From NCBI GenBank assembly GCA_035297625.1, contig DATGYU010000316.1, positions 1 through 61,886 of the forward strand: a stretch of DNA of 61,886 bases. Reading direction: 5' to 3'. The position numbers were made by a program, and so were the translations under genes. A model generated the notes under the pieces. That model saw only the letters and a program-made list of their open reading frames with translations. It ran no database searches and was not told the DNA's origin. Below, piece by piece: positions 8,731 through 18,139 of this stretch (positions are counted from its first letter, which is position 1; each line of letters opens with the position of its first letter). This DNA is from Prolixibacteraceae bacterium. Its GTDB lineage: Bacteria > Bacteroidota > Bacteroidia > Bacteroidales > Prolixibacteraceae.

Positions 8731-11187
8731 ATGAAACGGATTTATTTGACATTGCTCTTGCAATGTATGGTGCTTTGGGGATTTGCCCAATTTACCCTGA
8801 AAGGAACTGTAAAAAGCGAAGAGGGCGAAAAGCTCACCGGGGCTAATCTTACCATTTCAAACCGCTTTGGAGGAACCAGCACCGATGTGAACGGGGCATT
8901 CCAGTTTAAAAACCTGAAAAAAGGAAATTATCAGTTGACCATCTCCTTTGTTGGCTATGAAAAACAGACCAGGGAGGTAATGCTTACCGGTGATCAGACC
9001 CTTGAAATCGTTCTTAAGGAAGAAACCATCATGACTGATGAAGTGCTTGTTTCGGCGATCAGGGCCACGGACAAAACACCGGTTGCCTTTACCACTGTTG
9101 ACAAGTCAGATATTGAAAAGCAAAACATGGGTCAGGATATTCCCTATATACTTTCACTGACACCTTCATTTGTGGCCACTTCGGACGCTGGCACGGGGGT
9201 AGGCTATACCAATTTCCGAATTCGGGGAACGGACCTGAACCGCATCAATGTGACCATCAACGGTATCCCGATGAATGATGCCGAATCGCATGGCACCTGG
9301 TGGGTGGACATCCCTGATCTGGCTGCCTCGACCGATAACATCCAGGTTCAGCGGGGAGTAGGTACTTCAACCAACGGTGCCGCCGCTTTTGGCGGTACCA
9401 TTAACCTGCAGACCACTTCGGTAAACAAAGAAGCTTTTGCAGAATTTAGTTCTTCCGCAGGTTCTTTCGGTACCGTAAGAAATTCTGTTGGCGTTGGTAC
9501 AGGTCTGTTAAAGAAAAAGTTTGCCTTCGATGCCCGTCTTTCAAAAGTAAGCTCTGATGGTTTCATTGATCGCGCTTCCTCTGATTTGAAATCTTTCTTT
9601 GTTTCCGGGGGTTATTTTACGGACAACACTATTTTAAAGGTGAATGTATTTTCGGGGTTGGAAGATACTTACCAGGCCTGGAATGGAGTGCCTTCGGTCC
9701 GTTTAAACAATGACCTGGCCGGAATGCAGCGTTATGCCGATCATTATTTATACACCCAAAAGCAGGTGGATGAAATGATCGCTTCGAATAACAGGACTTA
9801 CAACCTGTATACCTACCCAAATCAAGTGGACTATTACCAGCAGGACCATTACCAGATGATGTTTTCGCACAAGGTAAATGAAGTAATAAATTTGAATGCC
9901 AGCTTGTTTTACACGGCCGGTAAAGGTTATTACGAAGAATACAAGGAAGGTGAGAAATTGAGTGACTACCAGATCACACCTCCCGTCTACGGGGGTGAAA
10001 CGGTTGAAAATTCAGATCTTATCCGTCGTAAATGGCTGGACAATGGTTTCTACGGAATGACATTCTCGGCCAATCAAAAGGCCTTAAGCAGTGATTTTAC
10101 TTTTGGCGGAGGGTACAACGTGTATGATGGCAATCATTTTGGGAAAGTGATCTGGGCGCGTAATGCAGGCAATTCAGAAATCAACCATGAATGGTATCGT
10201 GGCACGGGATTGAAAAAGGACTTCAATCTTTTTGCCAAGTACAGCTATGAACTCTCGGAAGGGCTGAATCTTTTTACTGACTTTCAATACCGGAAAATCG
10301 ATTACGACATTGACGGAACAGATGATGATTTGCGTAACCTGAAGCAAACGCACCACTTTGAGTTTCTCAATCCAAAAGCAGGTATTTCGTATAAGTTGAA
10401 TGAAAAACAAAACCTGTATGCCAGTTTCTCGCGTGCCAACCGTGAGCCTAACCGTGATAATTACGTAGATACCGACCCGCAGGGAAAACAACCTACCTAT
10501 GAAACGCTCAATGATTTTGAAGCAGGGTACAAATACAACTCTTCCAATATTTCTCTAGGCGCCAACGCCTATTACATGCTGTACAACAACCAGCTGATAT
10601 TGACCGGTGAGATCAATGATGTGGGCGCTCCTATCATGACCAATGTGAAAGACAGCTACCGTGCCGGCATAGAGCTGATGGCAGGTGCAAAACTGACCCA
10701 GAAACTAAAATGGGATGTGAACCTGACTTTGAGCAAGAATAAGATAAAGAACTTTTCTGAGTTTATCGATGACTGGGATAACGGCGGACAGGTTGAGAAT
10801 AAACTGGGAACCACCGATATTGCCTTTTCCCCGGACGCCATTGCCAACAGCCAGTTAAGCTGGATGGCCGCAAAAGGAGTTAACGTCAGTTTACAATCCT
10901 TTGCTGTCAGCAAACAGTATATTGACAATACATCAAGTAAGGATCGCAAACTGGATGGTTACTTCCTGAATAACATAAACATGACTTATAGTGTTCCGCA
11001 GAAGTTTGCCAAAGAGTTCAAACTACGGCTGATGTTCAACAACTTGTTTGATACCCGGTATGAAAACAACGCGTGGGTTTATTCCTACATGTATGATGAC
11101 GGGAGCGGCAGGCAACGGTACGCGATGGATGGTTATTTTCCGCAGGCGGGAATTCATTTTTTGGCTGGAATAGATATTAAGTTTTAG
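8731..11187 (+). CDS. TonB-dependent receptor, probable thiamine transporter (OMthi-like)
   Basis: Signal peptide, carboxypeptidase-regulatory-like N domain, plug (RIRG...INGIPMND), C-terminal Phe; directly downstream of a TPP riboswitch. Confidence 0.88.
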   Translation: MKRIYLTLLLQCMVLWGFAQFTLKGTVKSEEGEKLTGANLTISNRFGGTSTDVNGAFQFKNLKKGNYQLTISFVGYEKQTREVMLTGDQTLEIVLKEETIMTDEVLVSAIRATDKTPVAFTTVDKSDIEKQNMGQDIPYILSLTPSFVATSDAGTGVGYTNFRIRGTDLNRINVTINGIPMNDAESHGTWWVDIPDLAASTDNIQVQRGVGTSTNGAAAFGGTINLQTTSVNKEAFAEFSSSAGSFGTVRNSVGVGTGLLKKKFAFDARLSKVSSDGFIDRASSDLKSFFVSGGYFTDNTILKVNVFSGLEDTYQAWNGVPSVRLNNDLAGMQRYADHYLYTQKQVDEMIASNNRTYNLYTYPNQVDYYQQDHYQMMFSHKVNEVINLNASLFYTAGKGYYEEYKEGEKLSDYQITPPVYGGETVENSDLIRRKWLDNGFYGMTFSANQKALSSDFTFGGGYNVYDGNHFGKVIWARNAGNSEINHEWYRGTGLKKDFNLFAKYSYELSEGLNLFTDFQYRKIDYDIDGTDDDLRNLKQTHHFEFLNPKAGISYKLNEKQNLYASFSRANREPNRDNYVDTDPQGKQPTYETLNDFEAGYKYNSSNISLGANAYYMLYNNQLILTGEINDVGAPIMTNVKDSYRAGIELMAGAKLTQKLKWDVNLTLSKNKIKNFSEFIDDWDNGGQVENKLGTTDIAFSPDAIANSQLSWMAAKGVNVSLQSFAVSKQYIDNTSSKDRKLDGYFLNNINMTYSVPQKFAKEFKLRLMFNNLFDTRYENNAWVYSYMYDDGSGRQRYAMDGYFPQAGIHFLAGIDIKF

Positions 11188-11204
11188 TTACTGGATGTTA
11201 GCTA

Positions 11205-11272
11205 CTGGCTACTGGCAAGAGGCTCTGATGAAGCTTTAATGCACAATCAGAGCGTTTTATGCCGGTAGCCGG
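11205..11272. other. Long imperfect hairpin downstream of the TonB receptor (terminator or REP-like)
   Basis: CTGGCTACTGGCA..GCTCTGAT / ATCAGAGC..TGCCGGTAGCCGG. Confidence 0.45.
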
Positions 11273-11381
11273 AAGTCAAAAGCTTAAATCTTCCTAATTG
11301 GATGTTACATCTTTAGGTTTATAATATATTTAATGACAAAATACATGATTTTATTCAAATTGTACAGGTTAAAAAGTTGAT

Positions 11382-11389
11382 TATATTTG
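11382..11389 (+). promoter_or_regulatory. -7 box TATATTTG for the peptide transporter
   Basis: TAnnTTTG consensus about 50 bp before the ATG. Confidence 0.5.
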
Positions 11390-11440
11390 TCGTATTGACA
11401 AATATATAAAACCTAATATTTACTTAATAATCTATGCGCT

Positions 11441-12991
11441 ATGTTTAAAAACCACCCTAAAGGATTATTGGCGGCCGCCCTTGCCAACATGGGAGAACGG
11501 TTTGGCTTTTACACGATGATGGCCATCCTGGTACTTTTCCTGCAAGCCAAATTTGGCTTATCCGGTACCAATGCAGGAATTATCTATTCCATCTTTTATT
11601 TTTCAATTTATATTTTAGCATTTGTTGGAGGTCTGATCGCAGACAAAACAAGGAATTATAAGGGAACCATCCTGACAGGGTTATTTTTAATGGCTGCCGG
11701 ATATTTCCTGATCGCCATACCCACACCGACACCTTCGCCTAATAAAGTGCTCTTTTTGACTTTAACCTGTATCGGGTTATTTATCATCGCTTTTGGGAAC
11801 GGCTTGTTTAAAGGAAACTTGCAGGCTTTGGTTGGCCAGATGTATGACAATGAACAGTACGGAAAATTGAGAGATTCCGGTTTCTCCTTATTCTACATGT
11901 TTATCAATGTAGGGGCTATTTTTGCTCCATTGGCTGCCGTTGGTGTCAGGAACTGGTGGTTGAGTACCCATGGTTTTCAGTACAATGCCGATCTGCCGGC
12001 TTTGTGCCATGCTCACCTGGACGGCTCCATCAACGCAGCAGCTTCTGAATCGCTGGCTCAAATGGCTGCTAAAGTAAGTGCCTCACCGGTAACCGACATG
12101 AGCGTTTTTGCCAGAGATTACCTGAATGTATTTACCACAGGATTTCATTATGCTTTTGGAGTTGCCATATTTGCTATGGCCATATCGCTGATTATCTACC
12201 TGGTGAATAAGAAAAACTTTCCAAATCCCAAAAAAGTGGTTGTTGGCTCAGCTGTAGATCCGGATGCCATTCATATGGATGTGAAAGAAGTGAAACAACG
12301 TTTATCTGCTTTGTTTGCAGTTTTTGGTGTAGCCATTTTCTTCTGGATGTCGTTTCACCAAAATGGATTAACCCTTACCTTTTTTGCAAAAGAATACACG
12401 GATTTAAGTGCACTCAAATTATCGATTGGCAGCTTTACTTTTCAAGGTGGTGCTGAAATATTTCAATCAATCAATCCTTTCTTTGTAGTATTCCTTACTC
12501 CAATCGTATTAGCCTTATTTGGATGGTTGCGCGCAAGAGGAAATGAACCTTCGACACCTAAAAAGATTGCTATTGGGATGGCTATTGCAGCATTAGGGTT
12601 TTTAGTTATGGCTGTCGGCTCGTATGTTAGTAACTTACCTTTACATTCAGCTATCAATCCTGAAGAAGGAGGCGTTCCATTGGCCGATAACTTAAAAGTA
12701 ACACCGTTCTTGCTCATCCTGACTTATTTTGTGCTGACCGTTGCAGAGTTATTTATCAGTCCGCTGGGAATTTCCTTTGTGTCGAAAGTTGCACCTCCAC
12801 AATACCAGGGCGTTATGCAGGGAGGCTGGCTTGGAGCCACTGCCATCGGTAATTCACTGTTGTTCATTGGAGCCGTGCTCTATGAAACCATTCCAATCTG
12901 GATGACCTGGACATTGTTTGTAGTTGCCTGTACCATTTCGATGTTCACCATGATCTTTATGCTTAAATGGCTTGAGAGGGTTGCAAAATAA
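11441..12991 (+). CDS. Proton-dependent oligopeptide transporter (POT/PTR, MFS)
   Basis: ERFGFY, GGLIAD, GNGLFKGN, FYMFINVG and ELFISP motifs. Confidence 0.92.
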   Translation: MFKNHPKGLLAAALANMGERFGFYTMMAILVLFLQAKFGLSGTNAGIIYSIFYFSIYILAFVGGLIADKTRNYKGTILTGLFLMAAGYFLIAIPTPTPSPNKVLFLTLTCIGLFIIAFGNGLFKGNLQALVGQMYDNEQYGKLRDSGFSLFYMFINVGAIFAPLAAVGVRNWWLSTHGFQYNADLPALCHAHLDGSINAAASESLAQMAAKVSASPVTDMSVFARDYLNVFTTGFHYAFGVAIFAMAISLIIYLVNKKNFPNPKKVVVGSAVDPDAIHMDVKEVKQRLSALFAVFGVAIFFWMSFHQNGLTLTFFAKEYTDLSALKLSIGSFTFQGGAEIFQSINPFFVVFLTPIVLALFGWLRARGNEPSTPKKIAIGMAIAALGFLVMAVGSYVSNLPLHSAINPEEGGVPLADNLKVTPFLLILTYFVLTVAELFISPLGISFVSKVAPPQYQGVMQGGWLGATAIGNSLLFIGAVLYETIPIWMTWTLFVVACTISMFTMIFMLKWLERVAK

Positions 12992-13053
12992 AAATTTAAT
13001 AAATTTTATCTAAATAGCCTTATTTAAACGAATTAAGGGTTCACTATTACAAC

Positions 13054-13081
13054 GGGGAGCGGCAATGCCGCTCCTTTTTTT
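13054..13081 (+). terminator. Intrinsic terminator
   Basis: GGAGCGGC / GCCGCTCC stem followed by T7. Confidence 0.85.
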
Positions 13082-13175
13082 ATATAAGGGAATGCTTTAT
13101 GAAATAAAAAATATACTTTTGAAGGAGTAGCTATAAATGCTTCTTTTTATAAGTGAATTACTGAAATTATCGGCT

Positions 13176-13997
13176 ATGAAAATGTACTTCCGTAACGGGG
13201 GATTGTTAATGCTGTTTTCCTTGATTTTGGTTAGCTGTACTGTTCAGCCGGCAAAGAAGGATACTCCTCCCAATTTTCAGCCTTTCTTCGAGGAGTATGG
13301 TGTTAAAGGATGCTTTCTGGTATATGACATGAGAAATGATCACTACCAGATTTATAATTCCAGGCGTTGCGAGGAAGAGTTTCTGCCCGCCTCCACCTTT
13401 AAGATCTTAAATGCCCTGATTGGCCTTGAAACAGGGGTAATCACTGATGATAAAATGGTAATTCCATGGGATGGGGTGGTAAGGTCAGAAGAAATATGGA
13501 ATAAAGACCATACCCTGGCTTCGGCCATGCAGTATTCGGTAGTTCCCTATTTTCAGGAAGTGGCGCGGCGTATTGGACCTGAACGCATGAAAAAATACGT
13601 TGAGGATTGTGATTATGGCCGTATGGATGTCACTGCTGAAACCATTGATCACTTCTGGCTTAGTGGAAAATCAAGGATCACCCCCTGGGAGCAGATGAAT
13701 TTTCTGATTAACTTTTACGACAATAAGCTGCCCTTTTCTGCCGAGCATCTGAATGATGTGAAACAACTGATCATTTTGGAAGAAAACCCCAAATGGATCT
13801 TTCGCGGTAAAACAGGTATGGCCAACCAGGACGGCAGGTTAATCGGATGGTTGATTGGCTATGTGGAAGATTCCACCAATACCTGGCTCTATGTTTGCAA
13901 TGTGGAATCCGATGAATCTAATATGGAAAGGTTCAAAGCAAGCCGTCGTGGCATTACCGAGAAAGTATTCAGGTCAATGGGGCTGATGGTTGAGTGA
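13176..13997 (+). CDS. Class D (OXA-family) beta-lactamase-like lipoprotein
   Basis: PASTFKI, SVV and KTG motifs; lipobox LVSC. Alternative start at 13137. Confidence 0.85.
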   Translation: MKMYFRNGGLLMLFSLILVSCTVQPAKKDTPPNFQPFFEEYGVKGCFLVYDMRNDHYQIYNSRRCEEEFLPASTFKILNALIGLETGVITDDKMVIPWDGVVRSEEIWNKDHTLASAMQYSVVPYFQEVARRIGPERMKKYVEDCDYGRMDVTAETIDHFWLSGKSRITPWEQMNFLINFYDNKLPFSAEHLNDVKQLIILEENPKWIFRGKTGMANQDGRLIGWLIGYVEDSTNTWLYVCNVESDESNMERFKASRRGITEKVFRSMGLMVE

Positions 13998-14090
13998 CAA
14001 TTGTAAAAATAGGCGTTATGAGAACAATAAGGACGCACAAGTTCCACCAACCAATGAACAGTTAAATCATTCAACTATTTTCTCATAGCC

Positions 14091-14663
14091 TTATTTTACT
14101 TTCTCAAATTCCCCTGCTTTTTTATACAAGTTATTAATAAGTAGCTTCTTGAACTGTTTATTACTGGGGTTTATAAGATAATATTTTTCATTGCCCTCCT
14201 TTTGTTCCTTTACAGGGGTGATTTCTTTTACTGAATCCACTTTTAATTCCCGTTGTTCGGAAGCCAGGTTATAAATAGTTAACACATCATTTCTGTATTC
14301 TAAAATATATGCTTCCCATACACTGTCGTAAGCGCTGTTCAAAGGATTTGCAACCTTTTGGCTCAAAACGTAATGGTCATCCAAACGTTTTAGAACAACT
14401 TTACCTGAGGCAAGCGTGCCGGATATTTTCATATCATTTACAGAAGGGTCTGATGATTTTAAATTATACGAATTACGGGTAATAATGAGTGGTTCCTTTT
14501 TAGCATTGCTATCATTATCTTTTTCCATATAGGTACCAATCAGTTCATCAGGGATTTGCTTTAACTCTTTGCCATGCAGGGGCTGAGGATTTTTAAAATA
14601 AAAATCATTACAGGAAGAAAAAATAATAAATACAGCAATGCACAATAGCAGGTTTGGTTTCAT
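14091..14663 (-). CDS. Hypothetical lipoprotein
   Basis: Signal peptide ending FSSC; F.NPQP motif; AT-rich. Confidence 0.75.
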   Translation of the reverse strand: MKPNLLLCIAVFIIFSSCNDFYFKNPQPLHGKELKQIPDELIGTYMEKDNDSNAKKEPLIITRNSYNLKSSDPSVNDMKISGTLASGKVVLKRLDDHYVLSQKVANPLNSAYDSVWEAYILEYRNDVLTIYNLASEQRELKVDSVKEITPVKEQKEGNEKYYLINPSNKQFKKLLINNLYKKAGEFEKVK

Positions 14664-14838
14664 AACATTGACATTAAGTCGTTAAGTAACAAAACAATAA
14701 GATCGCATGACAAAAAAAACCAATAATACGAAAAAGGGTAAATCACACCCCAATTTGCCGCTTCTTTAACTTATACGCATTAATCAGCAGTAAGTTAATT
14801 AAAGAAAGGAAGGATTAGGATTATTTCAAACAAGAAAT

Positions 14839-14968
14839 ATTGAAACTGCATTTAATGAATTGAGCGGATAAAAATCTAAATGCTTATCCGAATAAAAAGA
14901 TTCCGCAGCTCATTTGAATCATTATAAATCCATGCTGATCTGCTCAATTCATTAAATACGGTTTCAAT
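14839..14968. repeat. 130-bp element with 31-bp imperfect terminal inverted repeats (MITE-like)
   Basis: ATTGAAACTGCATTTAATGAATTGAGCGGAT ... ATCTGCTCAATTCATTAAATACGGTTTCAAT, 3 mismatches. Confidence 0.65.
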
Positions 14969-14981
14969 TGTATGAAAATGC

Positions 14982-17969
14982 TTATTTAATTGTAGTGCTG
15001 TAAAGAGCCGTCCTGCCGGTGATAAACAATGTTTTTCCGTCTTTCCCTCCAAAGGTCAATGTCGAAGGACGTTCAGGAGTATGGAGGATGCCTTCGGATT
15101 TTCCGTCTTTATCAAAGATATAGATTTCGCCATCGGCAACATACAGTTTGCCCGAAGCATCGATAACGGCACTGAATTCTCCTTTCTCGGCATAATACTT
15201 CAAATTGGAGAGATATCCCTTTGCATCCACATCCAGTTTTACGGTACGCTTGTCATATTCATCTACGGCAAGGAGCGGCTTACCTGGAAAGGCCTCCACT
15301 AAAGCACATGAGCGTGCCAGGTCATAGCACACAGGAATAATGGTTTTGCCATCAGGAGCCAGCCAGCATTCTTCATTGCGATTGACCGACACCGTGTTGA
15401 AATCATGCCAGTCGCGCCAGCGGTTGGAAGGGTAAAGCGCTTTGTACACATTGTTAACCGATCCCATGGGTACTTTTTTCAAAGGCTGAATGGTCTCTTC
15501 TGGATTCCGCGGGTCAATGGAGTAAGCCAATGTTCCAAATCCTGCATTTCCCCACATGCTATATGAAGTGCCGGAAGCATCTGCCGGAGTAGGATATTTC
15601 TCTTGTTCGCCGTTGACCATATAGCCGGGCTGCGGGTTATAGCGGAATACCACCAAAAGATTATCTTTTGAATCGCAGGCCAATGACATTGGTTCCCATG
15701 GGAAATCAGCTACCATACTCAACGAGTTGGTCTCAGAGGAGTATTTATAGACTCTTTTCATGCGCTGCTCGGCAAAATAGACATTGCCCTTCGAATCGCT
15801 GCAGGCACCAAGAGCAAACTCAAAACCTTTACCCAATAGTTGGATGGGACCGGCTGTCGTTGCTGAAATCTTTGGAGTATTGCCGCTGATCAGTAAACGG
15901 GCGAATTCTACAGGGCGAACCTCGGTATTAGTATTGATATCATACAAGGGGTTGTCGGTGGTATATTTTATCTGGCTGTAGTTATGAACGTTAAGCAGTT
16001 CGATATTGCTGCAATCCCATGTGCGTACCGAATAGGGATAAGGAACTTTTACCCTGATCACTCTGAACATGTACAGGTTGGCAAAGGTCATATCTTTACA
16101 CTGCTCAATTTCCATGGGCTGACATTCAGAACTTTCCCGGCTCTCTTCCTCCAGCTGAAGGGCATATACTTTCCAGTTGGATACATTTTTAAACCTTACC
16201 TCATTGCGTACATGGTGCTCGACCGACATGGCGTAGATCCTTCCCCTGGTAGTGGTATTATTGGCATAGAAGCCCGAGGTGGCAAAGGTGCTTGCCGACC
16301 ATATATTCTTAAAAATACCTCCCCCGTTGTTGGTCACCCATAGGCTCCAGTACTGCGTATACCATACCTGCTCGGAGCCGCCATATGAACGGCGGTCCTG
16401 AGCTTGCTGCCTTTCTTCCCATTTCCATTGAACTTTAGGACCTGGGCGCATGGTACCATGACCGCCAATCAGTTTTACATCATCGACCATCGATTTCTCT
16501 CCTGCCATCCATTTACAGGCCACGGCGCGATAATTGTTTTCCGCAGTATAGAGACCTATACCGGAAATGATGTTGGTACCCCCCTGAGGCGCTTCCACCA
16601 TTGCTTTGGGTGCGCCAAAACTACCAAAGGCCGGTGCATCTTCCACCAGGGCGAAGTTGGTAGCCATGGGGTGAAGACCTATCAATACTGTATTGGGTTT
16701 TAGTTTCAAGGTCTCAGAGATGCGGTATGAGCCCTGGGGAACATAGATGGTTGGGTATTGCTCAATAGCCTGCTGAATGGCTTTGGTATCGTCAGTCAGC
16801 CCATCCCCTTTGGCTCCCAGTGTCTTCAGATTGACCCATGTGGCCATTGTGGGAAGCTGCGGTATATCTGTCGGAGCAGTTGCCGGCATGACTTTTAATA
16901 CTTCATGCTCGAAAGTGATTTTATGGGCAGCGTCCGCTTTAAGATCATTTATCTGAAGTCCGTAAACATAGCGGTTCACCCTGTAGATGGCTCCCGGTGC
17001 AGGAGTTTGGGCTTCCGTTTTTGGATATCGAACCAGTACAGGCACATTACTGCACACCAGATTTCGGATATTGATCTGGGTATTGGCATTGTCTTCATTG
17101 CTGATTTGAATGGCAGGGCCTGAGACATTCTCAAAACGACTGTCTTCCAGGATCAGTTTCTCCCAGTAGTTTTCATCTACCGAGAGCACTGAAGGCACAT
17201 TTTTAACGTTCATCCTTACGATGGTAAAGCCCGCTTCCTGGGTACGGATGGCTGCCTTGCGCTGACCTTCAAACCAGGTGTCCATCATCATAAACTGCCA
17301 CCCTGGGGAAGCTTTGGTGGTGTAAATACCATAGTCGCCGCCATAGAAACGGACATCTTCCATAAAGTTACCCACATCAAACAGTCCTGCTTTTCCGTTA
17401 CCGATCTGGATATCGCAATGTGCAACAAAACTGTGCTGGGCATAATGGGTTCGCAAGGCTACGGCAGCAGGGTTGCCATCTTCTATTTTAAGGTCAATAT
17501 TTGACAGGGAGCTGTAAAAAGTACCTGCGCTGGCATCATTGACACCCTTTCCCGGCTCTACGATGCTACTGGTAAACCAAAACATATAGGAGGCCTGTCC
17601 TTTGTCATTTGGATCAGGATTCTGAAAGCCAGGGCTGTTTTTCTTCAGCACCACCAAAGGGCGCGTTTTGCCATAGCCAATCACCCTGATGGCCGCGGGG
17701 ATATAAATGGTCTTTGAAATCAGGTAAGTACCTTCAGGAATGAAGAGTATCCCAAAATTGCAGTCTTTCTTCAGCTGGTTAATCGCCTCCTGGAGCTGTT
17801 CCGACACATCGGTTTTACCATCAGCTGTGATGGTGAAGTTATCCGGGGTGAAATATACCGCCTCTGCATCTTCCGGCTTCTGGGGATAAAAAGAAGCACT
17901 CTTGGCTATAGCCCCCTTAAGGGAGATAAAGCCAGCAATTAGGCAAAGTGTTAGGATTAGTTTATGCAT
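14982..17969 (-). CDS. Secreted double beta-helix (Pectate_lyase_3/GH55-like) protein with C-terminal SMP-30/gluconolactonase-like propeller
   Basis: Signal peptide; two ADG.TD / GAKGDG.TDDT.A.Q.AI beta-helix starts; C-terminal FGGKDGKTLFIT. Confidence 0.75.
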   Translation of the reverse strand: MHKLILTLCLIAGFISLKGAIAKSASFYPQKPEDAEAVYFTPDNFTITADGKTDVSEQLQEAINQLKKDCNFGILFIPEGTYLISKTIYIPAAIRVIGYGKTRPLVVLKKNSPGFQNPDPNDKGQASYMFWFTSSIVEPGKGVNDASAGTFYSSLSNIDLKIEDGNPAAVALRTHYAQHSFVAHCDIQIGNGKAGLFDVGNFMEDVRFYGGDYGIYTTKASPGWQFMMMDTWFEGQRKAAIRTQEAGFTIVRMNVKNVPSVLSVDENYWEKLILEDSRFENVSGPAIQISNEDNANTQINIRNLVCSNVPVLVRYPKTEAQTPAPGAIYRVNRYVYGLQINDLKADAAHKITFEHEVLKVMPATAPTDIPQLPTMATWVNLKTLGAKGDGLTDDTKAIQQAIEQYPTIYVPQGSYRISETLKLKPNTVLIGLHPMATNFALVEDAPAFGSFGAPKAMVEAPQGGTNIISGIGLYTAENNYRAVACKWMAGEKSMVDDVKLIGGHGTMRPGPKVQWKWEERQQAQDRRSYGGSEQVWYTQYWSLWVTNNGGGIFKNIWSASTFATSGFYANNTTTRGRIYAMSVEHHVRNEVRFKNVSNWKVYALQLEEESRESSECQPMEIEQCKDMTFANLYMFRVIRVKVPYPYSVRTWDCSNIELLNVHNYSQIKYTTDNPLYDINTNTEVRPVEFARLLISGNTPKISATTAGPIQLLGKGFEFALGACSDSKGNVYFAEQRMKRVYKYSSETNSLSMVADFPWEPMSLACDSKDNLLVVFRYNPQPGYMVNGEQEKYPTPADASGTSYSMWGNAGFGTLAYSIDPRNPEETIQPLKKVPMGSVNNVYKALYPSNRWRDWHDFNTVSVNRNEECWLAPDGKTIIPVCYDLARSCALVEAFPGKPLLAVDEYDKRTVKLDVDAKGYLSNLKYYAEKGEFSAVIDASGKLYVADGEIYIFDKDGKSEGILHTPERPSTLTFGGKDGKTLFITGRTALYSTTIK

Positions 17970-18012
17970 GTTATTTACTATTAGACGATTTACAATTTAC
18001 GCTATGCGAACA

Positions 18013-18120
18013 TTGTGTGCTTTGTGTAATTTCTTAAGCTCTTATATGATTCTACTTATTTTACCACAAAGAGCACAAAGGAGATTACACAAAGAACACA
18101 AAGAACACAAAGAACAAACA
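18013..18120. repeat. CACAAAG-type imperfect inverted/tandem repeat
   Basis: TTGTGTGCTTTGTG ... CCACAAAGAGCACAAAG plus tandem ACACAAAGA. Confidence 0.6.
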
Positions 18121-18139
18121 CACTACTTGAAACTTTGAA

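Noticed and set aside
17902-18138. 78-aa ORF with HKEHKEHKE
   Set aside because: Translation of the CACAAAGAA repeat tract, antisense to a real gene start
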